Positions 48,301 to 59,520 are shown, counted from the stretch's first letter. The stretch is 64,000 nt of DNA from Negativicutes bacterium (GCA_963665275.2 CAXXIN010000001.1:96001-160000); one strand, 5' to 3'. Program-made: numbers and translations. Notes: generated from the sequence alone by a model not told the origin.

Positions 48301-49086
48301 ATGAGCGAAATGGAATACAAGAATTTTCTTTTGACCATTGAAAACAAGGTCGCGATCTTCACAATCAATCGCCCGGAATTGCGTAACGCCATGAGCATGG
48401 AATGCTGGCAGGAACTGGGTCAATTTATCGATGAGGCAAGTGTGAATGACGATATTCAAGTGATCGTGCTTACCGGCGCCGGAGATAAAGCGTTTATTGC
48501 CGGGGCTGACCTTAAAATGCTGCAGACGCGCAAAGGAATCGACGCTTTAGGGGGGCTCGGGCAGGCCGTCGTAAAAAAAATCGAAGACTGCAGCAAACCC
48601 GTGATTGCAGCCGTGAATGGCATGGCTTTCGGCGGTGGCTGCGAGATCACTCTGGCCTGTGATATCCGGATGGTGTCCGATAATGCCTCTTTCGGACTGC
48701 CGGAAGTGGGTCTGGGCATTCTGCCGGGTTGCGGCGGGACCCAGCGTTTGAGCAAGTTGATTGGGTTGGGCCGGGCCAAGGAAGTTATTTTAGCGGGACG
48801 TATCATTTCGGCGCAGGAAGCGGCGCAGTTTGGGATGGCCTATAAATGCGTTCCCCAGGCGGATTTGATGAAAGAAACTCTGGCGGTTGCCAAAGCCATG
48901 CTGCAGAAAGGCCCCCTGGCCCTGCGCCTGTGCAAACGCCTCATCAGCGCCTCCATGTCAACCGATCAGGAAGCCGGGATGCTGCTGGAATTATTCGGTC
49001 TCAGTATTCTGCTTGATAGCGCCGATAAAACGGAAGGCATTAATGCTTTCTTTGAGAAAAGAAAGCCGGAATACAAAGGCCGTTAA
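48301..49086 (+). CDS. Enoyl-CoA hydratase (crotonase)
   Basis: AFIAGADL, GGGCE, FGLPEVGLG; both catalytic Glu present. Confidence 0.93.
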   Translation: MSEMEYKNFLLTIENKVAIFTINRPELRNAMSMECWQELGQFIDEASVNDDIQVIVLTGAGDKAFIAGADLKMLQTRKGIDALGGLGQAVVKKIEDCSKPVIAAVNGMAFGGGCEITLACDIRMVSDNASFGLPEVGLGILPGCGGTQRLSKLIGLGRAKEVILAGRIISAQEAAQFGMAYKCVPQADLMKETLAVAKAMLQKGPLALRLCKRLISASMSTDQEAGMLLELFGLSILLDSADKTEGINAFFEKRKPEYKGR

Positions 49087-49129
49087 TTGAGATTCTACCA
49101 ATAAAGAAAAATGAAGGAGGACAAGTATT

Positions 49130-49990
49130 ATGGCAATTGACATTAAAAAGGTGACAGTAATCGGTGGCGGGACTATGGGCAAACAAATCGCTCTCAACGC
49201 TGCTATTAATGGCATGGACACTTATCTTAGCGACAGTTTCCCGGGAGTATTGGATAAGGTTGCTGCATGGAGCAAAGAATATCTGGACGGCCGGGTAGCC
49301 AAAGGGAAAATGACCAGTGACGAGGCGGCGGCGACCTTAAACAGATTTCATCTTACCGCATCTCTGGAAGAAGCCGTTGCTCAGGCAGATCTGGTGATTG
49401 AAGCCATTGTTGAAAAATTGGAAGCAAAAAAGGAGCTGTTCGCCAAGGTTGCCAAAATGGCTCCGGCAGCGGCTATTCTGGTCAGTAATTCAAGCACTTT
49501 CGTTCCTTCTTCCATGGCTTCGGCTACAGGAAAACCAGATAAGTTTGCGAACCTGCATTACTTCAACCCGGCACTTCAGATGGCGCTGGTGGAAGTAGTG
49601 ATCGGGCCACAGTCCAGCCCGGAAACGATCGAAGCCTTGATGAATTTTGCTCCCAAAATCGGGAAACAAGCCATAAAAGTCCAGAAAGAGATTGAAGGGT
49701 TTATCGTGAACCGGCTGCTCGGCGCGTTGAACAAGGAAGCGTGGTTCCTGCTGGAGAACGGCTATGCGACAGCTCAAGATATCGATAGCGGCGCCGAAAA
49801 AGGACTGGGACATCCCATGGGATCTTTTCGCCTGATGGATCTGATCGGATTGGACATTGTCCATGATATCCGATCTGCCAAATACAACGCAGGCAATGAA
49901 GCGGAACGCCCGCCCCAGATCTTGGTAGACAAAGTGCAGAAGGGCGAACTGGGCAGAAAAACCGGCAAGGGCTTCTATTCATATAAATAA
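49130..49990 (+). CDS. 3-hydroxyacyl-CoA dehydrogenase
   Basis: GGGTMG, EAIVE, SNSS, HYFNP, GFIVNR, GRKTGKGFY. Confidence 0.95.
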   Translation: MAIDIKKVTVIGGGTMGKQIALNAAINGMDTYLSDSFPGVLDKVAAWSKEYLDGRVAKGKMTSDEAAATLNRFHLTASLEEAVAQADLVIEAIVEKLEAKKELFAKVAKMAPAAAILVSNSSTFVPSSMASATGKPDKFANLHYFNPALQMALVEVVIGPQSSPETIEALMNFAPKIGKQAIKVQKEIEGFIVNRLLGALNKEAWFLLENGYATAQDIDSGAEKGLGHPMGSFRLMDLIGLDIVHDIRSAKYNAGNEAERPPQILVDKVQKGELGRKTGKGFYSYK

Positions 49991-50000
49991 CAAAAAATGC

Positions 50001-50041
50001 ATTGAAAAAATGGGGAGCACGAATCTCCCTGTTTTTTCAAT
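50001..50041 (+). terminator. Intrinsic terminator-like hairpin
   Basis: ATTGAAAAAATGGGGAG ... CTCCCTGTTTTTTCAAT. Confidence 0.6.
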
Positions 50042-50074
50042 ACAAAGATTGAAAAGTAGAAAAGAGGGGAGTTT

Positions 50075-51265
50075 ATGTCCAATATTTTTGATGGAATACG
50101 TGTAATTGATTTTACAAGTAATGCAGCCGGCCCAATTTCCACAATGCATTTGGCGGATTTTGGCGCTGAAGTAATAAAAATCGAAAAGCCAAAAGTTGGT
50201 GATGATACTAGATCTTTTCCGCCATCATTGGATGGGATAGGCGTGCCTTTTTTCTGGTTTAATCGCGGTAAGAAGTCAGTAGTTCTAGATGTGGCTGATC
50301 CGGAGGGACGGGACGTTTTATTAAAGCTTATTGCAGACGCTGATATAGTGGTAGAAAGTTTTAAACCCGGAACGATGGAAAAATATGGCCTTGGATATGA
50401 GGCGCTAAAAAAACATAACCCCGCATTGATTATGTGTTCTGTTTCCGCTTATGGACAAACCGGGCCATACAGCAGAAAGCCGGGATATGACATCGTTGCG
50501 CAGGCGCTTAGCGGAGTCATGGATTTAACCGGCGACCCGTCAGGCCCTCCAACCCGCTCGGGGATCGTATTGGCTGATTATACGGCAGGCATACACGCAT
50601 ACGCGGCAATTGTTTCTGCACTATATTACCGAAAATGCACAGGCAAAGGGCAATATATTGATATTTCACTTTTCGATTGCATGGTGTCGTTCAATGGCTA
50701 TGTTGAATCGGCAGGCTTGGGAAGAAAGGTGACTCGAACGGGCAATCATCATGGGCTATTAGCTCCTTTCGGGCTATTTCGCGGAACTGGTGGAAGTGTA
50801 ATCATTGGAGCACCAAACACTACTTTGTGGGGAAATTTGTGCAGTGTTATGGGCAAACCTGAATTGGCAACGGATCCGTTATTTGCCAGTGCTACGGACC
50901 GGCTCAAAAATTTGGACAAATTGGTCATGGAGATCGAACACTGGCTGAAGACGTTTCCCTCGATTGATGAGCCGTTGGCACAGGTGGATAAGGGCGGCAT
51001 TCCGTGTGCGAAAGTCAATACAACTGCTGATTTGCTAAATGATGAACAATTGAAAGCGCGTGGAATGATTACGGAACTGGAGATGCCTGACGGATTGCCA
51101 ACAAGAAAAATAAAAGCGCGCGGTAATCCTTTAAAATTCTCCGAAGTAAAAGCCGCTATGAAAAATCCGCCTAATCTCGGACAACATCAGGAAGAAATAT
51201 TGAAATCTGTTGGATATGATGAAATTGTGATTGGCCGTCTGAAGGAGAAATGGAGCGTATCGTGA
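50075..51265 (+). CDS. Family III CoA-transferase (paralog 1)
   Basis: GIRVIDFT..AGP, NRGKKS, VLADY. Confidence 0.92.
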   Translation: MSNIFDGIRVIDFTSNAAGPISTMHLADFGAEVIKIEKPKVGDDTRSFPPSLDGIGVPFFWFNRGKKSVVLDVADPEGRDVLLKLIADADIVVESFKPGTMEKYGLGYEALKKHNPALIMCSVSAYGQTGPYSRKPGYDIVAQALSGVMDLTGDPSGPPTRSGIVLADYTAGIHAYAAIVSALYYRKCTGKGQYIDISLFDCMVSFNGYVESAGLGRKVTRTGNHHGLLAPFGLFRGTGGSVIIGAPNTTLWGNLCSVMGKPELATDPLFASATDRLKNLDKLVMEIEHWLKTFPSIDEPLAQVDKGGIPCAKVNTTADLLNDEQLKARGMITELEMPDGLPTRKIKARGNPLKFSEVKAAMKNPPNLGQHQEEILKSVGYDEIVIGRLKEKWSVS

Positions 51266-51346
51266 GATGCCGTGATCTTCCATCGGGTGACGTTCTGCGG
51301 CAAGGACTAGTCGTATTACCCGAAATTATGATGAGTGGGGGATAAA

Positions 51347-52765
51347 ATGAATCAGTCGATCAAAACGTGGAAACTTGTCGGCGGCATAGTGGGGATTGCG
51401 GTGGCGTTGCTTATTGCCAACGCTCCGGTTCCACAAGGATTAACCGTAAAATCTATGTGGGGAATGGGCATTTTTGTCTGCGCTGTTGTATGGTGGATGA
51501 TCGACTTGATTTCTGATTTTGGAACAGCGCTATTAATGTGTTGCGCTTGGGCTGGGTTTAAAGTAGTTCCGATAACTTCCGCTTTTTCGGCTTTTTCCGG
51601 GGGTACCTTATGGATTATTGTCGGTGCACTTGGGCTGGGTCTGGCGGCCACGAAATGCGGGCTGCTGAACCGTGTCGCCTTAATAACGATGCTGAGATTC
51701 CCCCCGACGTTCAAAGGACAATCTTTATCCTTGCTTATTTCCGGGATAATATTGACTCCGTTCATTCCCAGCGCTACGGCTAAATTTGCGGTTCTGGCGC
51801 CTTTTGCCAAGTCGATTTGTGAAAATATGGGGTACGAAAACAAAAGCGAAGAAGCTGCCGGTCTTTTTGGCGCCATGTTTGTGGCTATTGGACTTGCATA
51901 TCCCATTTTTCTGAGTGGCAACTTTATGTGTTATGCAGTCTTGGGGTTATTGCCCAAAGAGATTCAAGCACAAATGACTTGGACTAATTGGTTCATTAAT
52001 GCCCTGCCTTGGGGATTGACCATGTTGATCCTGATGTATTATGCCATTGTGCGCTTGTATGGTCCGAATAAACAAGCGCTTACAAAAGTAGATACAAGTT
52101 TTCTAAAAAAACAGTTGGAAGCGCTTGGGGCGATCACGAAAAATGAAAAAATCGTTGCTGTCGTAATTGTAAGCGCGTTGGTCCTGTGGATGACGGAGAC
52201 TACACATGGGATCAGCTCGGCAATCGTTTCACTGGTCGGTGTGGTAATTTTACTTGCAACCAATGTGATAGATCGGATCTCGTTTAGAGCGGGGATTGCC
52301 TGGGATGCAGTTATTTTTTTGGGAGCTTTGATCGGTGTCTCTAAAGTGTTTGCGGATTTGAAGATTGATCGGTGGCTTAGCACCGTGTTTGGACCCTATC
52401 TTTCGCCGCTCGTGTCAGGTAATATCTTTGTTTTCTTTATTGTTTTAAGTGTTTTCATTTACCTTGTCCGGGTGGTTCTTGTATCTCAACTGGCGGCCAT
52501 TGCCATGTTTGTCATAGTATTGACGCCTTTTTCCGTCCAGGCAGGAATCAGTCCATGGGTAATGGCTTTTGCCGTTTTTGTTGCGGTCAATGTTTGGTAC
52601 GTATCTTATCATAATGCCAGCTTTTTGGTTGGTTTTTACGCAACAGGCGGGGACTTGGTCACCCATAAACAAACGATAAAGCTCTCCATAGCATATATGG
52701 TGGTTTCTATCATTGGATTATTAGTTAGTGTTCCCGTGTGGAAATTGACCGGCTTGATCAAGTAG
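51347..52765 (+). CDS. DASS/SLC13-family transporter (paralog 1)
   Basis: Multi-TM; IPSATAK, TWTNW, VPVWK. Confidence 0.85.
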   Translation: MNQSIKTWKLVGGIVGIAVALLIANAPVPQGLTVKSMWGMGIFVCAVVWWMIDLISDFGTALLMCCAWAGFKVVPITSAFSAFSGGTLWIIVGALGLGLAATKCGLLNRVALITMLRFPPTFKGQSLSLLISGIILTPFIPSATAKFAVLAPFAKSICENMGYENKSEEAAGLFGAMFVAIGLAYPIFLSGNFMCYAVLGLLPKEIQAQMTWTNWFINALPWGLTMLILMYYAIVRLYGPNKQALTKVDTSFLKKQLEALGAITKNEKIVAVVIVSALVLWMTETTHGISSAIVSLVGVVILLATNVIDRISFRAGIAWDAVIFLGALIGVSKVFADLKIDRWLSTVFGPYLSPLVSGNIFVFFIVLSVFIYLVRVVLVSQLAAIAMFVIVLTPFSVQAGISPWVMAFAVFVAVNVWYVSYHNASFLVGFYATGGDLVTHKQTIKLSIAYMVVSIIGLLVSVPVWKLTGLIK

Positions 52766-52811
52766 CTTTTATCACAAAGCAATATGGCAAAATACAGGAG
52801 AATATTACGGA

Positions 52812-54785
52812 ATGAAAAGCATAAAAATGAAACTTGTGGTTACTATTTTAGCAATCTTTTTTAGTGCACTGAGCACATTGGGTGGACTCAATTACTGGAA
52901 AGCGCGCAGCATTATCACGGAGAATATCGCTGCGGATATGACGCATACTGCAGAAGCGACTGCTGGGGATGTCGGGGATTGGTTGGAAGCTCGCAAAATG
53001 GAAATTAGTCTCATGGCGGTTGCCCCGGTGATGAAACAGGGGGATAAGGCGACTATTATTCCCTATTTGACTGATGCGAAGAAACTTAATAATGCTTTTG
53101 ACGGATTGGGCTATATTTCTCCAGATGGAAATTTTTCGGGCACTTCAGGGGCAACGATGAATGTCTCTACAAGTGAATATTTTATCAAAAGCATGCGCGG
53201 CGAAATTTGTATAACAAATCCCATGATATCAAAAGTCAAAGGCAATACGGTGGTAGTTGTTTCAGTGCCAGTGAAAGTTGGCGATAAAGTCAGCGGCGTT
53301 TTATTTGCGACAATTGATACGGCAAGTCTGACGGAAAAAGTTGGTACTGTCAAAGTGGGTCAAACCGGCTATGCGTATCTTATCCAAAAAGATGGGTTAA
53401 CCATTGTACATCCAAGCAAAGATTTTCCCATGAAGTTCAACGCGTTAACAAGCAAAGAAGCCTCCGATGAACTGAAAGCGGCAACTGCACGGATGGCCAA
53501 AGGCGAAAAGGGCGTCCTTACCCATAAATATTCACAAGGTACGAAAATGTTGGCTTTTGCGCCGGTTCCCGGGATGGACTGGTCGTTGGCGGTAACAGTG
53601 CCAACGACGGAAGTGACCGGAAGTGTTTCGGCATTGACCTTAATTACTCTCGTTACGATCGTGGTGGTGTTGATCATCACCGCTATCTTGATTGCTTGGT
53701 TTGCCAACCGTATTGCCAAGCCTATTCAGATGTTGGAAACAGCCGCCAACCGAATTGCGTCCGGTGACCTTTCGCAAATCAATATCGGCGTTACTTCGAA
53801 AGATGAAATAGGTCGCTTGGGGAAAAGCTTTGAACAGATGGCCCAAAACATTCGTGGACTTATCAAGAAAATTAATGCGAATGCTGAACAATTGGCAGCA
53901 TCCAGTGAAGAACTCAATGCCAGTGCGGAGCAGTCGGCGCAAGCGTCCAATCAGGTGGCAATTGCCATTACGGAGGTAGCGGATGGCGCGAACGAACAAC
54001 TCGCGGCTGCCGACGACGCATCTTCCATAGTGACGGGTATGTCGGATGGGATCAAACAGATTGCAACCAATGCCGGGTTGGTCTCCGAGCAGTCAGAACA
54101 AGCTTCTGATAAAGCAAAGGAAGGCGGAGCCGCCATAGATAAAGCAATCAGGCAAATGCAACAAATTGAAAACACCGTCAACACTTCCGCTAGAGTCGTT
54201 ACAAAATTGGGCGAGCGATCCAAGGAAATTGGTCAGATCGTCGATACTATTTCCGGCATTGCAGGTCAAACAAACCTGTTGGCTTTAAATGCGGCGATTG
54301 AAGCGGCTCGTGCGGGGGAACAGGGTCGCGGTTTTGCTGTAGTGGCGGAAGAGGTACGGAAGCTGGCAGAGCAATCGGAAGGCGCTGCAAAGAAAATTGC
54401 TGATCTGATTGGCGAAATTCAGCTCGAAACCAATACAGCTGTTGAAGCAATGAACAATGGAACCCAGGAAGTTAAAACCGGCGCTGATGTAGTCAATGCC
54501 GCAGGAGTATCGTTCAGGGAAATCACCACGCTGGTGACGGATGTTTCTGAGCAGGTTAAACAGATTTCTGCAGCCATTCAACAAATGGCTACAGGGAGTC
54601 AGCAAATCGTGCTTGCGGTTCAAAAGATTGATGGGTTGAGTAAAAAAGCTGCAGGAGAGGCTCAAGGCGTGTCGGCTGCTACGGAAGAACAACTGGCATC
54701 CATGGAGGAAATTTCTGCGTCCAGCCGGGCGCTGGCGGTGCTGGCGCAAGATTTGCAGACCGCAGTGGCAACATTCCGCATGTAA
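52812..54785 (+). CDS. Methyl-accepting chemotaxis protein (dCache, HAMP, MA)
   Basis: Two TMs; DEIGRL HAMP; [35 protein letters not shown]. Confidence 0.96.
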   Translation: MKSIKMKLVVTILAIFFSALSTLGGLNYWKARSIITENIAADMTHTAEATAGDVGDWLEARKMEISLMAVAPVMKQGDKATIIPYLTDAKKLNNAFDGLGYISPDGNFSGTSGATMNVSTSEYFIKSMRGEICITNPMISKVKGNTVVVVSVPVKVGDKVSGVLFATIDTASLTEKVGTVKVGQTGYAYLIQKDGLTIVHPSKDFPMKFNALTSKEASDELKAATARMAKGEKGVLTHKYSQGTKMLAFAPVPGMDWSLAVTVPTTEVTGSVSALTLITLVTIVVVLIITAILIAWFANRIAKPIQMLETAANRIASGDLSQINIGVTSKDEIGRLGKSFEQMAQNIRGLIKKINANAEQLAASSEELNASAEQSAQASNQVAIAITEVADGANEQLAAADDASSIVTGMSDGIKQIATNAGLVSEQSEQASDKAKEGGAAIDKAIRQMQQIENTVNTSARVVTKLGERSKEIGQIVDTISGIAGQTNLLALNAAIEAARAGEQGRGFAVVAEEVRKLAEQSEGAAKKIADLIGEIQLETNTAVEAMNNGTQEVKTGADVVNAAGVSFREITTLVTDVSEQVKQISAAIQQMATGSQQIVLAVQKIDGLSKKAAGEAQGVSAATEEQLASMEEISASSRALAVLAQDLQTAVATFRM

Positions 54786-54843
54786 GAGTAGACGGGTTCC
54801 ACCTTAGTCTGCTTGGTTGGTGAAGTTGATCTCTAAAAAGTTT

Positions 54844-54890
54844 AATAATGCATGACCTTATTACATTTTGTAATAAGGTCATGCATTATT
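54844..54890. terminator. Perfect 22-bp inverted repeat (terminator or operator)
   Basis: AATAATGCATGACCTTATTACA-TTT-TGTAATAAGGTCATGCATTATT. Confidence 0.55.
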
Positions 54891-55026
54891 GTAGTGAAAA
54901 TTCTATATATTTTAAACCTATAATGAATTTGGCAATAGAACGACAACATAAACCATAAATATCAACAAGTAAGTTAAAAAAAGCACAAACTTTAAAGCGC
55001 TAAAAAATAAGAGGGGGAAAAACAAC

Positions 55027-56172
55027 ATGGATTTCAAATTGTCCAAAGAACAGGAACTGATTCAGAAAACGGCACGGGAGTTTGCCGAAAAGCGGATCGC
55101 GCCGCTGATGTTCAAAATTGATGAGGAAAATGACGTTCCGGTTGAAATCGCTCAAGCCATTATCGATCTCGAACTGTCCGGTATTCCGCATCCTGAAGAA
55201 TACGGCGGAGCGGGCTCGGATTACGTCAGCTATGTCTTGGCGTTGGAACAGATCTGCCGTTTCTCCACCGGCGTCGCTTCCCTGATCACAGGCAACAATT
55301 TGTCGATCAACGCGATCAAAATGTTCGGAACAGAGGAACAAAAACAAAAATGGCTGCCGGACCTTTGTCAGGGCAAAAAGGTATCCACTTTTGTGTTTAC
55401 CGAACCAGGTACAGGCACAGATCTGAAGGGACTGACTACGAAGGCCAGAAAAGAAGGCAACGAGTGGGTACTGAACGGGACGAAGCGGTTCGCCACCAAT
55501 GCCGATAAGCCGGGCCCGATTACGGTCTTTGCCATTGATGATCAAAGCGGCTATCCTACTGCATTCTTGTTTGAGAAGTTCTGTCCGGGCTTTTCTATTT
55601 CTGAGCCATGGGACAAAATCGGCTATCGGGGAACCCACACATACGATATTTATCTGAAAGATCTGCGAGTGCCGCAGGAAAACGTGCTGGGAGAAGTCGG
55701 CAAAGGCTTCCAGATCCTGCAACAGAACATCGGTTTCGGCAAAATCTCCATCTGCGCCACCGCTCTCGGTCGGGCTCAGGGCGCCCTGGAAGAATCCATC
55801 AAATATGCGAAAGAACGGACCCAACATGGTAAACCCATCGCTAACTACCCGACTCTCCAAGCTCGTATCGCCGACATGGCTGCAAAAACCGAAGCCATCC
55901 GGGCGCTCGTCTACAGGCTGGGATATCTGGCCAGCCAGGCTAAGACCACGGAAGAACGTATGCAACTGGCGAAACAGTCGGCAATGACCAAGTTGTTTGT
56001 AACGGAAGCTTCAATGGATGTAGTACGCGATGCAATGCAAGTGCACGGTTCCTATGGCATTATGAAAGGCTACCGGGTGGAAGTGCTATACCGTGACGCC
56101 ATCATCTCGGAACTCATTGAAGGGGTCAAGGACGTGCAACGGGTCATCGTGGGCAGCGCTCTTTTAAGCTAA
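55027..56172 (+). CDS. Acyl-CoA dehydrogenase
   Basis: TEPGTGTD, LNGTK.F.TN, QVHGSYG, catalytic Glu in IEG. Confidence 0.95.
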   Translation: MDFKLSKEQELIQKTAREFAEKRIAPLMFKIDEENDVPVEIAQAIIDLELSGIPHPEEYGGAGSDYVSYVLALEQICRFSTGVASLITGNNLSINAIKMFGTEEQKQKWLPDLCQGKKVSTFVFTEPGTGTDLKGLTTKARKEGNEWVLNGTKRFATNADKPGPITVFAIDDQSGYPTAFLFEKFCPGFSISEPWDKIGYRGTHTYDIYLKDLRVPQENVLGEVGKGFQILQQNIGFGKISICATALGRAQGALEESIKYAKERTQHGKPIANYPTLQARIADMAAKTEAIRALVYRLGYLASQAKTTEERMQLAKQSAMTKLFVTEASMDVVRDAMQVHGSYGIMKGYRVEVLYRDAIISELIEGVKDVQRVIVGSALLS

Positions 56173-56187
56173 GCAGGGGAAAAGGAA

Positions 56188-57477
56188 ATGGAAAAATTCG
56201 ATGTAATTATCGTCGGCGCAGGGCTGGCCGGTCTTTCGGCCGGCTACACCCTGGCTAAAGCTGGCGTGGAAGTCTTGATACTGGAGCGTGGGGATTATCC
56301 CGGCGCAAAAAACGTGACTGGTGGCAGAATTTATCTCAATCCCGTACGCCAGTTCTTTCCTGAGAACTTCTGGGACAAGGCGCCGCTGGAGAGGCCTGTA
56401 ACCACCGAAATTATTACGATGGTTTCGGAAAACAGCTCGACATCCATGCGGTTCCGGGCTCAGGATTTCGCCCAGCCGCCTTATCAGAGCTACACCATAC
56501 AGCGCAGCAAGTTCGACCGCTGGTTCGGTCAACAGGCGACCAGCGCCGGCGCAATGCTTGTCAACAAGAGCCGGGTGGATGATCTGATCTGGGACAACGG
56601 ACGTGTTGCCGGCGTGATTGCCGGCGGCGAGGAACTGGGGGCCAATGTGGTTTTGGCCTGCGACGGGGCCTTGTCCCTGGTCGCTGAAAAGGCTGGATTG
56701 CGCCAACCTGGCCGGGCGAAGGATTTCGCCGTGGGCTTCAAGGAAGTCATTGAACTGTCTGAAAAAACGATCGAAGATCGATTCGGTCTGGGAAGCGGCG
56801 AAGGCGCAGCACAACTGTTCATGGGCGCGTTTACCAAAGGGCGCTTTGGCGGCGGTTTCGCCTACACGAACAAGACCAGTCTGTCGCTGGGCATGGTGGT
56901 CGGAATCCGTGATCTGATGGAAACCGAGCCGGCGATCAATGCCGCCGCCATGCTCGAAGAATTTAAGAAACAGCCGGACGTGGCGGCGCTCATCGCTGGC
57001 GGCGAACTGATAGAGTATTCCGCCCATATTTTGCCGGAAGCCGGTTATAACGGCATGTCGCCCTGCTTTGGCAATGGAATCCTGGTCGCCGGCGACGCAG
57101 CCGGATTGGCTCTGAACATGGGCCTGCTTGTCCGGGGGATGGAGTTTGCCATCGGCTCGGGCGTTCTGGCCGCGCAAACCATCCAGGCTGCGCTGGAACA
57201 GAAAGACTTCTCGGCGAATGCACTGTCTGCCTATAAGCAGCGCATGGAACAAAGCTTTGTCCTCCAGGACTTGAAAACGTTCCAGGCGGCGCCGCATGTA
57301 CTGGATAACCCCCGACTGTTCGGATATTATCCCGAGCTTGTCGGCAAGCTGATGCAGGACCTTTTCGCTGTTGGCAGCAGCCCGAAGCCCAGCTTCGTCA
57401 GAACCGTCCGCAACCACCTGGGGGTTTCGGATCTCCCAGGAATACTCAAAGATGCTTGGGGAGGGCGCAAACTATGA
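56188..57477 (+). CDS. fixC: FixC-like ETF:quinone oxidoreductase flavoprotein
   Basis: IVGAGLAG, ERG.YPGAKNVTGG, EYSAH..PE.G, GDAAG. Confidence 0.9.
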   Translation: MEKFDVIIVGAGLAGLSAGYTLAKAGVEVLILERGDYPGAKNVTGGRIYLNPVRQFFPENFWDKAPLERPVTTEIITMVSENSSTSMRFRAQDFAQPPYQSYTIQRSKFDRWFGQQATSAGAMLVNKSRVDDLIWDNGRVAGVIAGGEELGANVVLACDGALSLVAEKAGLRQPGRAKDFAVGFKEVIELSEKTIEDRFGLGSGEGAAQLFMGAFTKGRFGGGFAYTNKTSLSLGMVVGIRDLMETEPAINAAAMLEEFKKQPDVAALIAGGELIEYSAHILPEAGYNGMSPCFGNGILVAGDAAGLALNMGLLVRGMEFAIGSGVLAAQTIQAALEQKDFSANALSAYKQRMEQSFVLQDLKTFQAAPHVLDNPRLFGYYPELVGKLMQDLFAVGSSPKPSFVRTVRNHLGVSDLPGILKDAWGGRKL

Positions 57478-57758
57478 TGATACCGGGAAACCTGAAAGCC
57501 AAACTGGGCATCAACGTGTTCAAGCCCGGCCATCAGCCTCATATTCGGATCAAACCGGGCGCGGAAACGGATGAGCGGCTGCGAAAAGTGGTGGCTGTCT
57601 GCCCGGCCGGCCTGTATTCGATCGATGAGGAAGGCAAAGTCGTGCTGGACATTGATGGCTGTCTGGAGTGCGGAACCTGCCGTATCGCCTGCGGACCGGA
57701 GCTTTTGGAGTGGTATTACCCCGAAGCGGCTACCGGCGTCCAGTTCCGGTGCGGATAG
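57474..57758 (+). CDS. fixX: FixX-like ferredoxin
   Basis: CPAGLY, GCLECGTCRIAC, W.YP...GV.FR.G. Confidence 0.9.
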   Translation: MMIPGNLKAKLGINVFKPGHQPHIRIKPGAETDERLRKVVAVCPAGLYSIDEEGKVVLDIDGCLECGTCRIACGPELLEWYYPEAATGVQFRCG

Positions 57759-57777
57759 AAGACAAGGAGTGTTGAAA

Positions 57778-58560
57778 GTGAACAGTATTGTCTGTGTCAA
57801 ACAAACGCCGGATCTGCAGCAGGTCCGGATTCGTAAAGAAACCCGGGAACCGATTCTGGAGAATGTGCCCCTAACCATCGGCAACATCGACAAAAACGCT
57901 CTTGAGGAAGCAGTGCGGCTCAAAGAAAAACAGGAAGGCAAAGTGACCCTGGTTTCAGTTGGCGGCGAAGATCTGGAGGAAACCATCAAGGAAGGCTTGG
58001 CAATGGGCGCCGACGACGCGGTTCTCGTGGTGGATCCGCAGCTGGATGGCGCGGAAAGCGCAATCGTAGCGGAAATGTTGGCCAAAGCAATCCGAAAAAT
58101 CGGTGATTACGATATGATCCTGCTCGGCGAAGGCTCCTCCGACAACTATTCGGGCCAAATTGGACCGAGATTGGCTGAATTGCTGGATCTGCCGCAGGTC
58201 ACGTTTGTTCGGAGCCTGTCAGTGGACGGCAAACTGCTCCGGGCTACCCGGAATATGGATGACTGTCTGGAAGTTGTGGAAGTGGAGCTGCCGGCGGTAG
58301 TCACCGTGCTCAGCGAGATCAACGAAGCGCGTATTCCGGCGGTTACCCAGATTCTCAAAGCGGGCCGTAAACCCAAAGAAGTGCTGTCGCTCGCCGATTT
58401 GGGCGTGAGTGCCGCCTCGCTGGGGAACCAAGTCCGGACCCTTTCCAACAAAGCGCCTTTGCAGGAACGCAAACAGATTATTTTCAAAGAAGACGCGGAC
58501 GCTGCGGTTGCCAAGTTGGTGCTGGCATTGAAGGCCGATGGCGCGGTTGGGGGGTACTGA
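57778..58560 (+). CDS. fixA: Electron transfer flavoprotein beta subunit (FixA-like)
   Basis: VCVKQTPD, ALEEAV, LAMGAD, GEGSSD.YSGQIG. Confidence 0.9.
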   Translation: MNSIVCVKQTPDLQQVRIRKETREPILENVPLTIGNIDKNALEEAVRLKEKQEGKVTLVSVGGEDLEETIKEGLAMGADDAVLVVDPQLDGAESAIVAEMLAKAIRKIGDYDMILLGEGSSDNYSGQIGPRLAELLDLPQVTFVRSLSVDGKLLRATRNMDDCLEVVEVELPAVVTVLSEINEARIPAVTQILKAGRKPKEVLSLADLGVSAASLGNQVRTLSNKAPLQERKQIIFKEDADAAVAKLVLALKADGAVGGY

Positions 58561-58561
58561 T

Positions 58562-59515
58562 ATGTCGAAAGTGCTGATTATTAGTGAAAATGACAATATT
58601 GCCTTTGAACTTCTGACCGCTGGGCTAATGCTCGCCGACGGCGATGCGGCTGGTGTCGCCGCAATAGTGCTGGGGGCCGGGGCGGAAATCCGGGCGAACG
58701 CCTATCTGAGCCGCGGCGTGAAGAAGGTTATCACGGCCGGCGCGGGAAAAGAAAAGCTGGAAACCTTTGACGCCGAAACTTATGCAACTGCGGTTGCGCA
58801 AATTGCAGGCAAGGAACAGGCAACGATGCTTCTGACCGGCTGCACCCGGCGCGGCAAGGAACTGGCGGGACGCTTGGCCCAGAAGCTGGGAGCCGCCTGC
58901 ATTAACGACGTGAAGGCCATTGAATGCGAAAGCGGGGAGGCCGTGTATTCCCGCAACGCCCTGGGCGGGGCGACGGTGTGCCGTCAGGCGGTGTCTTCAC
59001 CGGTAGCGGTGATTTCGATTATGCCGTCGACATTTCCACAGGCGTCGGAAGTACCGCCAGCGGGAGAAACGGTGGTGGTGGATCTGGAACTGAAACCAGC
59101 GCGGGTTCGGCTTGTGGAATGCCAATCCAAGAATACAGACTCGGTGGATATAGCTGAGGCCAAAACGCTGGTTTGCGTGGGCATGGGGCTGGGCGGCCCG
59201 GAGAAATTATCGATGGTTGAGGAACTGGCGAGGGTTCTGGGTGGCGAGGTGGCTTGTACCAAACCTGTGGCAACCGATCAAAAATGGCTATCCGAAGCCC
59301 GGATGGTCGGGTTATCCGGCAAACAATGCAAGCCGCAATTATCGCTGTGTCTGGGGCTTTCCGGCCAAGTTCAGTTTGCCGTGGGAATACGGGATTCCAA
59401 AACCATTGTGGCAATCAATACGGATGAGAATGCAACGATCTTCCAATATGCCGACTACGGCATCGTCGGTGATCTCAATGTTATCACCGAAAAATTAATA
59501 GCTCAGCTCAAATAA
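58562..59515 (+). CDS. fixB: Electron transfer flavoprotein alpha subunit (FixB-like)
   Basis: VGLSGK, GLSGQ.Q, IVAINTD..A.IF.YADYGIVGD. Confidence 0.9.
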   Translation: MSKVLIISENDNIAFELLTAGLMLADGDAAGVAAIVLGAGAEIRANAYLSRGVKKVITAGAGKEKLETFDAETYATAVAQIAGKEQATMLLTGCTRRGKELAGRLAQKLGAACINDVKAIECESGEAVYSRNALGGATVCRQAVSSPVAVISIMPSTFPQASEVPPAGETVVVDLELKPARVRLVECQSKNTDSVDIAEAKTLVCVGMGLGGPEKLSMVEELARVLGGEVACTKPVATDQKWLSEARMVGLSGKQCKPQLSLCLGLSGQVQFAVGIRDSKTIVAINTDENATIFQYADYGIVGDLNVITEKLIAQLK

Positions 59516-59520
59516 TTCCC

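Noticed and set aside
55000-57417. 321-aa and 417-aa antisense ORFs over the acyl-CoA dehydrogenase and fixC
   Set aside because: Antisense shadows produced by codon bias; the plus-strand genes carry all family motifs.
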